Source of the DNA: an uncultured Dehalococcoidales bacterium
GTDB lineage: Bacteria; Chloroflexota; Dehalococcoidia; GIF9; UBA5629
Direction of reading: 5' to 3'
Length of the DNA stretch: 45,740 nucleotides
Assembly (NCBI GenBank): GCA_964582065.1
Contig: CAZOQG010000002.1
Span: forward strand, 1 to 45,740
A program made the position numbers and the translations under genes. The notes under the pieces are model-generated. The model was given only the letters and a program-made list of their open reading frames with translations, ran no database searches and had not been told where the DNA came from. Positions 25,755 to 34,492 of this stretch are shown piece after piece (the stretch's first letter is position 1; each line of letters begins with the position of its first letter).

Positions 25755-27752
25755 TCATTGAATTCGGTCGAATACACCTTCTATTTCCGCTGCGTCGAGG
25801 AAACGTCCAATCTTGATTTCTCTGATAATTCCGTCACAGTCGATGAAAACGCTTGTGGGTACTGTCCAGATATGATAGCTATCGATAGTCGTATCTTCTG
25901 TATCAAGTAATATGGGAAAACGGAAATGCCCATATTCGTCTGTATGTCTCTCGATAATCGTTTCAATACGGTCAGTTCTGTCTCCATCAACGCATACAGT
26001 AATCACTGCCAAACATGCGCTATCATCATTTTGCCTGCATGCATCGCCATGATAAACCTCGCGAATGAAGGGAAACTCTACTACGCAGGCTCCACAACGG
26101 GTTGACCAGAAGTTAAGCAATAGCTTCTTCTTGCCCACGAACTTGGTTAAGTCAACGGTCTCACCGTCGTTGGGCGATTCGGGATCATTGGCATCATTGT
26201 ACTCTGGCAGGGATGGGATTAGTGGAGCGCGGTCGCCTACTTCGTGGCCGATAGGGATGGCGCGAAGAGTTATTAGTGTTTTGGTATTGGAGGTGGCCTC
26301 ATTTCCGCTGGCATCTACCGATTTTGCCCTGAAGTGATAGGTTGTATTTGGCTTTAGGCCGGTCAGTCGGACAGTATGGCTCTGTTTCAAGTTGTCCTCT
26401 AAGGGCGTGGTTTCGTGGCCGCCGTCAGTTTTCCAATACTCAACCTGGCTGGTGGCATCTTCGTCAGTCTGCCAGGTCATGGCGGTGCTTATGTCCGTCG
26501 GTGGGGAAACCTCGACTGCCAAAATGTCCGGCGGGGTTGTATCCTTGAGTTTGAAATATGCGGTAACGTTCTTATTCGAGTCCATAATAATCGGAATAAC
26601 GGGGATTTCTGCCGAGGAACCTGGGACATCACCCCCCCAGTGCTCGAAAGTGTAACCACTCGCGGCGGCAGCGGTCAGTGTCACCTCAATACCAGATGTA
26701 TATGTTTCATTCTCGGGAGACCGAGATACCTGTCCTCCGGCTTCGGGCTTACGGTTTGTGGCCAAGATATAGGTTTGGGCGGCGGCAGGAGGGGGAATTG
26801 GATTAGTAATAGGGTTGGCGGTTGAAGTCGAAGGCAGTGAAACATTCCCTATTTTGGTCACAGCGTAGTAGCCGCCAAGGCCTGCGATTGCAAGAAACAC
26901 GGCTGCCCAGAACCCTCGCAGTAGAAGCTGTCTCGTTGACGGTGGGATGCTCCACCCTCTCGGTGCGGGCCAGGAAGGACGCGCCGCTTTTCGTGCTGCG
27001 CTGGCTACGTTGGCTAGCGTTTGCCTTGTCCAATGCGGGATGTCCCACTCTCTCCGTTCACCGCGTGTTATTTCTGTTAGGAGCGGGCTCCGCGGCGCGA
27101 CCACATCCGGCTCTTTCGGTTCGGTGGCGGTAATTTCGTTTAGAAGCGGACTCCGTGATGGTGGAATGGTCCCTTCGCTCGCTGCAACCGGTGCAGCCGG
27201 TGTTGATTGCTCATGAGTCTTCCGAGGTGGCCCGTACATCCAGCCGCACTGTGGGCACAGTCCGGATTCTGGGTCAACGCTAGCGTCGCACTTGGGGCAT
27301 CTGTACTCGTGTGCCGCGTCAGGAACTCCAGGGGATTGCTGATGTGCAATGGTTTGTGGGCTTGGTGCCGACACAGGTCTCACTGGCGTTGGCGCAGGCC
27401 CTGTTTCTTCGAGTGTACCACTTCCTGTTGGCTGCGGAGTCTCTATAGGTAGCATCTTACCCCGGTGGTCGCAGCTCGGACAACATCCATCCGCAGTATT
27501 AACCGTGGTGTGACACCTGGGGCACATGTATTTGGGCCCCGGGTAAGAAGGTTTCGGGGATTGCTGGTGTGCAGAAGCTTGCGATTCGCCTTTATCTAAC
27601 TGCTTCCAGGGGGCATCCTGCGGAGTGCACTCCTGGCAGAAATAGGTACGTGCATTATGGGGCAACTTTGCGCCGCATTTCCTACAGAAACGCTGACCGG
27701 AGGCGTCTTCGGGCGGCACGAAATACTTGGGCTTGTGGCTCATCGGGGACAT
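25755..27752 (-). CDS. 3x zinc ribbon, TM, InlB-B-repeat-like domain, FN3/PAP-N-like domain, TlpA-like thioredoxin (CGAC) membrane protein. Referred to here as ZFT-A.
   Basis: The zinc ribbons are CRKCGAKLPHNARTYFCQEC, CPRCHTTVNTADGCCPSCD and CPKCDASVDPESGLCPQCG. RSPLL(N/T)EIT is repeated. The TM helix is GFWAAVFLAIAGLGGYYAV. YTSGIEVTLTAAAASGYTFEHWGGDV...VTAYF is an InlB B-repeat-like pattern. The FN3-like domain is ATSQVEYWKTDGG...HTVRLTGLKPNTTYHFRA. The thioredoxin domain is LLNFWSTRCGACVVEFPFIREV. Confidence 0.85.
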   Translation of the reverse strand: MSPMSHKPKYFVPPEDASGQRFCRKCGAKLPHNARTYFCQECTPQDAPWKQLDKGESQASAHQQSPKPSYPGPKYMCPRCHTTVNTADGCCPSCDHRGKMLPIETPQPTGSGTLEETGPAPTPVRPVSAPSPQTIAHQQSPGVPDAAHEYRCPKCDASVDPESGLCPQCGWMYGPPRKTHEQSTPAAPVAASEGTIPPSRSPLLNEITATEPKEPDVVAPRSPLLTEITRGERREWDIPHWTRQTLANVASAARKAARPSWPAPRGWSIPPSTRQLLLRGFWAAVFLAIAGLGGYYAVTKIGNVSLPSTSTANPITNPIPPPAAAQTYILATNRKPEAGGQVSRSPENETYTSGIEVTLTAAAASGYTFEHWGGDVPGSSAEIPVIPIIMDSNKNVTAYFKLKDTTPPDILAVEVSPPTDISTAMTWQTDEDATSQVEYWKTDGGHETTPLEDNLKQSHTVRLTGLKPNTTYHFRAKSVDASGNEATSNTKTLITLRAIPIGHEVGDRAPLIPSLPEYNDANDPESPNDGETVDLTKFVGKKKLLLNFWSTRCGACVVEFPFIREVYHGDACRQNDDSACLAVITVCVDGDRTDRIETIIERHTDEYGHFRFPILLDTEDTTIDSYHIWTVPTSVFIDCDGIIREIKIGRFLDAAEIEGVFDRIQ

Positions 27753-27861
27753 GCTATCACTACTCCCCGATTCCTTCGGTGCAACTCAGCACTTCTGCTA
27801 TCTTTATTGGTGCCTCTTTTGGGCTTATCGGTTTGAAGAAACACGGCATATACCTATCTTA

Positions 27862-27869
27862 ATTATACA
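27862..27869 (-). promoter_or_regulatory. Extended -10 element (TGTATAAT) upstream of ZFT-A
   Basis: The minus strand reads GCATGTATAATTAAG, about 110 nt upstream of the ATG at 27752. It is paralogous to the element upstream of ZFT-B. Confidence 0.4.
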
Positions 27870-28303
27870 TGCAGGAAAAACAAAGTAAAATCAACTGTAC
27901 TCGTTCAACCCATTGGCGAGGCATCTCTCTTGTCTCAAGGCTGTAGGGACGGACCTTCAGGTCTGTCCGCTTCGGACGGGCCTGAAGACCCATCCCCACA
28001 TTTGCTGTGGCACTGGGGTTGACGTTGTTTCGCTGTGCTGTCCTAAACTTTATGAGACTTCTCTTTTCGTGCGAGCCGCGTAGCGTGAGGTTTTGACCTC
28101 GTCCGATCCTACTAGGCGACCTTAGAAGGTCGCGCTTACATTCAGTGACTTGTAGCATTGTTTGCGAAATTGCTTCGCGGAGCCTGTCCCGACCTTCACG
28201 AGATTCTTCGGTCGCTACGCTCCCTGGGAATGAGAGAAGGCGAAGTGCTCAGAACCACACCAAATTGTCATTGCTACGAAAATAGATTCTCATCCTTTAT
28301 GTT

Positions 28304-28360
28304 GGGTAGATTGGAGCATCGGCTCCAATCACGCCTAGAGCAGATGCTCTAGGCTACCCT
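28304..28360. repeat. 57-nt structured repeat, copy 1 (identical to 45549-45605)
   Basis: The sequence is gggtagattggagcatcggctccaatcacgcctagagcagatgctctaggctaccct. An outer 6-bp stem (gggtag/ctaccc) encloses two perfect 8-bp hairpins with 4-nt loops (attggagc-atcg-gctccaat and cctagagc-agat-gctctagg). Confidence 0.9.
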
Positions 28361-28468
28361 TATTTTCGTCCTCCGTGGTGCCGATTGCAATAGGCATGAC
28401 TGATTGCGAGGAGCGTAAGCGACCAAGCAATCTAGGACGAAGGCGCGACTGTGAGATTGCTTCGCTTC

Positions 28469-28560
28469 GCTCGCAATGACAGGAAGGGAGAGCTCGCAAT
28501 GACAGGAAGGGAGAGCTCGCAATGACAGGAAGGGAGAACTGAGAATGACACAAGGCGAAG
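28469..28560. repeat. Tandem 23-nt repeat: 3 perfect copies plus 1 degenerate copy
   Basis: gctcgcaatgacaggaagggaga occurs at 28469-28491, 28492-28514 and 28515-28537. A degenerate unit, actgagaatgacacaaggcgaag, follows. The array is contiguous with no spacers. Confidence 0.9.
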
Positions 28561-28807
28561 CGGTCGGAATGGCCCGGAACCGAGAATACGGTATCCACAT
28601 TCTGAGTAAGACGGTATCACCTATCTGAAGGAGATAGTGAACTGGCGAGGCGACGTGATTGCCACACACTGCGTCCCAGTAGGGTAAACAGATGCACTCA
28701 GTCAGGTGTTGCAGTTGTGGTCTTATTCTACAGCGTAGACTAACGCTGATTGTGTCGATCCCTACACGTGGGCTTGTGGGTTCAGTAGCTGTTGCGCCGC
28801 CGTTCGC

Positions 28808-29158
28808 TTATTGATGGTTGTCCCTGGATTGCATAGGGCCGCTGTAGCCGCAACTTCGTTCATTTGGGCATCGTCCATATGCTTTGTTAATCCTGGCGCC
28901 ACAGCGGGGGCATGTGTATCGTGATGTCATGCGGAGAACATGCGGGGATTTTCGGGTTTCAGCGTCCTGGCGCCCTGTCAGCGGAGGAACAGTCGCCGCT
29001 TTCGCCGCCGCATTTGTTGCTCGAAGTCGGATATCCTTATGTTCCATTTGGCCAATGAAGCCACACTCCGGACAGTTTCCAGAGGCGATCTTAGTTTTGG
29101 CACCACACTTGGGGCACCTGTATCGGGACTTGAAATCATCTTGTACTTCGTGTGGCAT
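28808..29158 (-). CDS. Soluble double zinc-ribbon protein. Referred to here as ZnR-D.
   Basis: YRCPKCGAKTKIASGNCPECG and YTCPRCGARINKAYGRCP resemble the ribbons of ZFT-A and ZFT-B. No TM helix is present. The start is uncertain (ATG at 29158 or TTG at 29200), and neither has a good Shine-Dalgarno. It lies 40-80 nt downstream of the serS stop. Confidence 0.5.
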   Translation of the reverse strand: MPHEVQDDFKSRYRCPKCGAKTKIASGNCPECGFIGQMEHKDIRLRATNAAAKAATVPPLTGRQDAETRKSPHVLRMTSRYTCPRCGARINKAYGRCPNERSCGYSGPMQSRDNHQ

Positions 29159-29240
29159 ACCGTTGCGTTTCACTGTAGCACAACCGAAGTCGCACTTCAA
29201 ACGTTTACAGAAGAGCCTGTTGTGGGCTGGCTCTCAATGC

Positions 29241-30506
29241 TTATCCTGTCCGAATTATCTCTGTTCCTAGGTATGGCTTCAGGGAGTCGGGCACTGCCAC
29301 GCTGCCGTCAGCTTGCTGATAGTTCTCCAGTATTGAGATGATTACTCGAGGCAAGGCGAGCCCCGAGCCGTTAAGGGTGTGGACGAAACAGGGTTTGGCC
29401 TCGGGTCCCGGACGGTAGCGAATGTTTGCCCGCCTGGCCTGGAAATCACTGCAATTGCTGCATGAGCTAACTTCCAGCCATTCGCCGCAGCCGGGAGCCC
29501 ATACTTCAATATCGAATGACTTGGCCCCAGCAAAGCCCAGGTCGCCGGTACACAATTGCACCACTCGATAAGGGATATCTAGCCTACGACACACTTCCTC
29601 GGCATTCATCACCATCTTATCCAGTTCTTGGTCGGAGACTCCTGGCTCGGTGAATTTATAGAGCTCGACCTTGTCAAATTGATGTCCTCGTTTAATGCCT
29701 CGGGTGTCTTTGCCGGCTGCCATCTTCTCTCGGCGGAAACAGGCAGTGTAGGCAACATAATAGAGCGGCAAAGTGCCGGGCGGCAGGATTTCATCGCGAT
29801 GCAGGTTTGTCAACGGCACTTCAGCGGTAGGTACAAACCAGAAGTCATCCTCTTCATCATGGTATAGATTATCGGCAAATTTGGGCAAATTACTTGAGCC
29901 CACCATACACTCCCGTTTTACCATAAAAGGGGGATAGATTTCAGTATAGCCATGCTCATTCACGTGAAGGTCCAGCATAAAGGCGATGAGCGCCCGCTGG
30001 AGATGAGCTCCTAGTCCCTTGAGAACATAGAACCGGCTGCCGGAAAGCTTGACGCCCCGCTGAAAATCGATAATGTCCAGCCTTTCTCCCAGCTCCCAGT
30101 GGGGTAGCGGCGTGAAGGAAAAATCCGGCAACTCTCCCCAAGAGCGCACCACCACATTATCTCGTTCGTCCTCACCAACAGGCACATCGGTCGCCGGGAT
30201 GTTAGGCAACCGCAGGAGATGGTCTTCCAGCTCAGCCTCAACCTGACCTATTTCCCTCTCTAGAGAAGTAATCTTTTCGCCGATTTGGCGCATGTCGGAA
30301 ATGAGCTGAGGCGGCTTGTCTGCCATCCTGCCCAGTTGTTTGCTCACTTCATTGCGCCGAGCTCGGAGTGTCTCCATCTCGTGAAGCAACTGGCGGCGTC
30401 GCTCGTCGAGCTCTATGATTTCATCGAGTGGAGCGCTGTCGCCACGCTTTTCCAAAGCCTGGCGGATTAAGTCGGGGTTATCACGGATTAGCTTAATGTC
30501 CAGCAT
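29241..30506 (-). CDS. serS: Seryl-tRNA synthetase
   Basis: MLDIKLIR.NPD N-terminal coiled coil. FRRE....G.DTRGIKRGHQFDKVE and LNGSGLALPRVIISILENYQ are class II motifs. The product is 421 aa. Confidence 0.95.
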   Translation of the reverse strand: MLDIKLIRDNPDLIRQALEKRGDSAPLDEIIELDERRRQLLHEMETLRARRNEVSKQLGRMADKPPQLISDMRQIGEKITSLEREIGQVEAELEDHLLRLPNIPATDVPVGEDERDNVVVRSWGELPDFSFTPLPHWELGERLDIIDFQRGVKLSGSRFYVLKGLGAHLQRALIAFMLDLHVNEHGYTEIYPPFMVKRECMVGSSNLPKFADNLYHDEEDDFWFVPTAEVPLTNLHRDEILPPGTLPLYYVAYTACFRREKMAAGKDTRGIKRGHQFDKVELYKFTEPGVSDQELDKMVMNAEEVCRRLDIPYRVVQLCTGDLGFAGAKSFDIEVWAPGCGEWLEVSSCSNCSDFQARRANIRYRPGPEAKPCFVHTLNGSGLALPRVIISILENYQQADGSVAVPDSLKPYLGTEIIRTG

Positions 30507-30527
30507 AGTAGAATAGAGCGGTTCTGG

Positions 30528-32033
30528 CTATTGCGCCTTTAGTTGTGGGAAAAGGATAATCTCACGGATGGACTGCTTATCGGTCAGCAGCATTACCAAA
30601 CGGTCAATGCCTACACCCAGACCTCCAGTAGGCGGCATACCATATTCTAGGGCAAGGAGAAAATCCTCGTCGATGGCCTCGGTTTCTGGCTCCTCGGCAT
30701 CCAATTTCGCCATCACTGACTCAGTGACTTGCGTTTCTCTCTGCCGGCGGAAGCGTTCCTTTTGTTCCACGGGGTCATTGAGCTCGGTAAAGGCATTGGC
30801 AATCTCCATGCCGCCGATGAAAGCCTCGAAGCGCTCCACTAAGCGCTGGTTGTCTCGCTTTCTCTTAGCCAAAGGCGACATCTCCACTGGATAATCCATG
30901 AGGAAAGTGGGCTGTATCAGGTTGGGTTCAACAAAGGTGGAGATAAGCTCGTCTACCAGCCTGCCCCTGTCCTTGCTGGGGTCTGGCTGTATTCCCACTT
31001 GCTCCATCCTCGTCCGCAGCGAGTCAACCTCAGGATAGTCCTCGAAATCAATGCCGCAGCGCTCTTTGATTACGTCCCGCAGGGGAAGGCGTTGCCACGC
31101 AGGTGCAAGGCTGATAAGCTCACCACCGAATTTGACTTCGGTCCCGCCAACGACTTCCTTGGCAACGTGGCAGACCATGTCTTCCACCAGTTTCATCACG
31201 TCATTGTAGTCAGCGTAAGCTTGATAGCTTTCCAGCATGGTGAATTCGGGATTATGTTTGGTAGAAATGCCTTCGTTGCGGAATACACGCCCAATCTCAT
31301 AAACCTTGTCGAAGCCGCCTATTATCAGCCGTTTGAGATGAAGTTCTAAGGCGATGCGTAGATAAAGGTCCTGGTCAAGGGCTTGGTGGTGAGTCTTGAA
31401 GCGACGAGCTAGAGCACCCCCCGCCACCGGTTGTAGTACTGGAGTTTCCACCTCGATGAATCCTTGCTCATTCAGAAAACGTCGCAAAGCCGTGATGATG
31501 TGGCTGCGGAGCGCGAAAGCGGGCTTAACGTCTTCATTGGAGATTAAGTCAAGGTAGCGCTGCCGGTAGCGCTTCTCAACATCAACCAGTCCGTGCCATT
31601 TCTCTGGCAACGGTTGAAGAGATTTGGACAGGAGGGTGAAATCAGCTACCTCGAGGGTGATTTCCCCGCTCTTGGTTCGAAAAAGCTTTCCCTTGGCGCC
31701 AATGATGTCGCCGATGTCGAGTTCATCAAGGAATTCATACTTTTCGTTGGCGAGGAGGTCATGGCTGAAATGAAACTGAATCTTGCCAGAACCGTCGCGA
31801 ATATCAAAGAAGGCTATTTTCCCCATGAAGCGACTAGCTGTGATTCGACCGGCGAGACTCAATTCTGAACTCGGGACAGCCTGCGGGCTTTCTTCCTGGT
31901 GCTCGAATAGAGCCACCGCCTCTTGGGCAGTATGGCTGCGATGATAAGAGTGAGGATAAGGGTTTATCCCTCGGTCTCGGATCCTTTCCAGCTTTTCCAA
32001 ACGCTGTTGGGCAATGTGTTTCAATCTCGCCAT
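30528..32033 (-). CDS. lysS: Lysyl-tRNA synthetase (class II)
   Basis: GRITASRFMGKIAFFDIRDGSGKIQ is the OB fold. FIEVETPVLQ, RNEGIS.KHNPEFTMLE and PPTGGLGVGIDRLVMLL are class II motifs. The product is 501 aa. Confidence 0.95.
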   Translation of the reverse strand: MARLKHIAQQRLEKLERIRDRGINPYPHSYHRSHTAQEAVALFEHQEESPQAVPSSELSLAGRITASRFMGKIAFFDIRDGSGKIQFHFSHDLLANEKYEFLDELDIGDIIGAKGKLFRTKSGEITLEVADFTLLSKSLQPLPEKWHGLVDVEKRYRQRYLDLISNEDVKPAFALRSHIITALRRFLNEQGFIEVETPVLQPVAGGALARRFKTHHQALDQDLYLRIALELHLKRLIIGGFDKVYEIGRVFRNEGISTKHNPEFTMLESYQAYADYNDVMKLVEDMVCHVAKEVVGGTEVKFGGELISLAPAWQRLPLRDVIKERCGIDFEDYPEVDSLRTRMEQVGIQPDPSKDRGRLVDELISTFVEPNLIQPTFLMDYPVEMSPLAKRKRDNQRLVERFEAFIGGMEIANAFTELNDPVEQKERFRRQRETQVTESVMAKLDAEEPETEAIDEDFLLALEYGMPPTGGLGVGIDRLVMLLTDKQSIREIILFPQLKAQ

Positions 32034-32038
32034 GGTAC

Positions 32039-32506
32039 TCAGGTTACTTCGATTATTGTCAGCTTAAGCATCCCCGCCGGGGTTGGTACTTCAACTTCAT
32101 CGCCGACTTTTCTATCCAGGAGGGCTTGCCCTACCGGCGACTCGTTGGAAATCTTGCCCTCAACAGGATTCGCTTCAGCGCTGCCCACGATAGTAAATTG
32201 GTCTATCTTGCCGTCCTGATTTTGAATAAGCACCTTGTTACCAAACTCGACTACGCCTGGCAAAGATGGTGACTCTATGACCACGGCATTCTTAACGATG
32301 TTCTCCAGCGTAAGGATTCTGCCCTCGACGAAAGCCTGTTCATTCTTAGCATCATCATACTCGGCATTGTTGTCAGTGCCCCCCATCTCTCTGGCACGCT
32401 TGATCTTACCAGCTACCTCTCCCCTTCGGGCTGAAAGTAGCTCTTCCAGTTCAGATTGTAGCTTGGCTAAACCTTCTTGAGTAATCCTGATTTTCTTTTC
32501 GGTCAT
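32039..32506 (-). CDS. greA: Transcription elongation factor GreA
   Basis: The track ORF is trimmed to MTEKKIRITQEGLAKLQSELEELL...NAEYDDAKNEQAFVEGRI..LE...ISNESPVGQALLDRKVGDEV. The product is 155 aa. Confidence 0.9.
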   Translation of the reverse strand: MTEKKIRITQEGLAKLQSELEELLSARRGEVAGKIKRAREMGGTDNNAEYDDAKNEQAFVEGRILTLENIVKNAVVIESPSLPGVVEFGNKVLIQNQDGKIDQFTIVGSAEANPVEGKISNESPVGQALLDRKVGDEVEVPTPAGMLKLTIIEVT

Positions 32507-32664
32507 GTGATATTCCTCAGTTCGAAAGGTAGTAAAAAAACTGAGAGTTTGGAAACCCTCAGTCAACCGTTGAAGTTTAACATATATTATAGGCCGCTGC
32601 GGGCTGGTTGTAAAGAGCCAAACAAAATAATATAATAACCAAGTTCAGATAGTCGGGAGGGAAC

Positions 32665-33723
32665 ATGGTTGCTCTATATTTAACTTCTGTGGAAGCCGCA
32701 GGCAAAACAGCTTTGTGTGCTGGCATTGGCAGGAAGTTGCTCAGCCAGGGGAAGAAAGTAGGCTACTTTGCGCCAGTCCAGCTTTCTGAGACCAGCGGTA
32801 CAGATGGCTACAGAGACGCCGCTTTTGTGAAGGAAGCCTTCGAATTGGCGGAATCTACTGACCTGCTTTGTCCTACCCGCCTATCCCGTCGAGACCTATG
32901 GCAAAGCTTGACTGATGAGGTGGCAGACTTCACACAAAGTCTTAGACAGGCCTATGCTAACATATCACGGGGCAAAGACATCGTCCTTGTGGAAGGGCTC
33001 AGCGGTTTGGGCGTAGACAACGTGTCTACTCTGGCTTGCTATACGATTGCTGAGACACTGGATGCCAAAGTGATTGCTGTTCTCCGTTACTCTTCAACCT
33101 TAGACCCGGTAGAAATCGCACAAATAGGCAAGAAACTGGAAGGGCGGCTACTTGGGGTTGTCATTAACTTCGTGCCAGAGTTGAAGATAGAAGTGTTGAA
33201 GGGGTACATGGTATCCTCGTTTGAGGAAGCCGGGGTAAAGATCTTAGGTACGCTTCCTGAGGTCAGGAGTTTGCTTGGCGTAAGCGTCAAGGATTTGGCG
33301 GAAGTTCTAGAAGGGGAAATCCTAACTTGCCCGGATAACACTGGGGAGATAGTGGAGAATGTAATGTTGGGGGCCATGACCCCCGACTCAGGAATAGACT
33401 ATTTCAGCCGTGAGACAAATAAGGCAGCAGTGATTCGAGGCGAGCGTGCCGACATGCAGCTAGCCGCTTTAGAGACTTCAATCAAGTGCCTCATTCTTAC
33501 TGATAATTCAAAGCCCTTGCCAGCTGTTGTCCACCAGGCTGAAGACAAGCACGTGCCCATTATGATAGTAAAACAGGATATTTCTGGCGTCATAGCCGGT
33601 ATCGAAGAGGCTCTAGCCAAAACCAGCTTTCACAACCCTGAAAAGCTACGGAGGTTTGAGAGTATCCTGGGCCACCACTTTGATTTCAAAGCTCTCAGTT
33701 CGGAGCTTGGCCTGAAAGCTTAG
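32665..33723 (+). CDS. Phosphotransacetylase-N-terminal-like protein (BioD-like P-loop domain plus DRTGG domain)
   Basis: GKTALCAGIGRKL...GKKVGYFAP is followed by a C-terminal region with LILTDNSKP....A....VPIMIV, typical of DRTGG-domain proteins. No catalytic Pta domain is present. Confidence 0.65.
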   Translation: MVALYLTSVEAAGKTALCAGIGRKLLSQGKKVGYFAPVQLSETSGTDGYRDAAFVKEAFELAESTDLLCPTRLSRRDLWQSLTDEVADFTQSLRQAYANISRGKDIVLVEGLSGLGVDNVSTLACYTIAETLDAKVIAVLRYSSTLDPVEIAQIGKKLEGRLLGVVINFVPELKIEVLKGYMVSSFEEAGVKILGTLPEVRSLLGVSVKDLAEVLEGEILTCPDNTGEIVENVMLGAMTPDSGIDYFSRETNKAAVIRGERADMQLAALETSIKCLILTDNSKPLPAVVHQAEDKHVPIMIVKQDISGVIAGIEEALAKTSFHNPEKLRRFESILGHHFDFKALSSELGLKA

Positions 33724-33956
33724 TACTCTCCTCTTTCCCCAGCCATTAGAATCTCTTTTGCATGTTGAGCCAAAGAGGACGGCACCTGTATCTCTACGTG
33801 CCCCAAACCATCAATGGTAAGACCATAAACAAGGCCAGCACTCTCATAGCGAAGCATAGTCGGTATGCCTTCAGTTTCGAGGCGCCCCTTGACGATTTGT
33901 GCCTCTGGTTGGCTGCTGGCCACGTAAACCGTAATCAATCCAGCCTCTTCAGACAA
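33720..33956 (-). CDS. DUF2007-like small protein (putative signal-transducing fold)
   Basis: The 78-aa product reads VYVASSQPEAQIVKGRLETEGIPTMLRYES...VEIQVPSSLAQHAKEIL, which matches my memory of DUF2007. Confidence 0.55.
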   Translation of the reverse strand: MSEEAGLITVYVASSQPEAQIVKGRLETEGIPTMLRYESAGLVYGLTIDGLGHVEIQVPSSLAQHAKEILMAGERGEY

Positions 33957-34492
33957 GTCTACACACTCCCCTTGGTCAAAAGAATGGACGGAATAGAGAC
34001 CTTACTCAACTTCCCTCTCCTTTGATGGGAGAGGTTAGGTGAGGGTGAACAAAACTGAGAAGTGAGAAGTTAAAGGTCAAAGGCCAAAAGTCAAAATGGC
34101 AAATGGGAATACAAATAGTGAGTTTTTGCTCTTCAGAGCTAGATCACTGAACTCCTTTTTGGATTTTGACTTGTAATTTTGCATTTTACATTTCAACTCT
34201 TACATTCCTACCTGCGGACCCTTCGCTGCGCTCAGGGGGACAGTCATGCTGGTCATGTCGGGGGACCTCACACTCACAAGAATCTGAACCAACCGCTCTG
34301 GGTATTGGGTTGCCTCGTTTGGCTTCCAATGACAGCGGCCAAGGGCTCAGCGTCACAGTGACATTTATTGTGAATAGACAACTTGATGATATAGAGGCAG
34401 CCAAGATATGGGAACGTCAAGCTAAGGTACTGCGCAAGGGAATAGCTGTGAAACTCAATCTAGCGTCGGCATTAGGCAAAAGACAGCCCATG

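Noticed and set aside
28469-28560. Possible CRISPR array (23-nt direct repeats).
   Set aside because: The units are contiguous with no spacers. There are only 3 perfect copies plus 1 degenerate copy. The repeat is an arm of a dispersed palindromic family (gtcattgcgag), and no cas genes are present in the window. I called it a tandem repeat instead.
28335-28669. Three overlapping minus-strand ORFs (87, 106 and 62 aa) with repeated peptides such as LPSCHCELSLPVIAS. Similar ORFs occur at 21326-21692.
   Set aside because: They are translations of the tandem and inverted DNA repeats in several frames at once. This pattern is typical of repeat-derived spurious ORFs.
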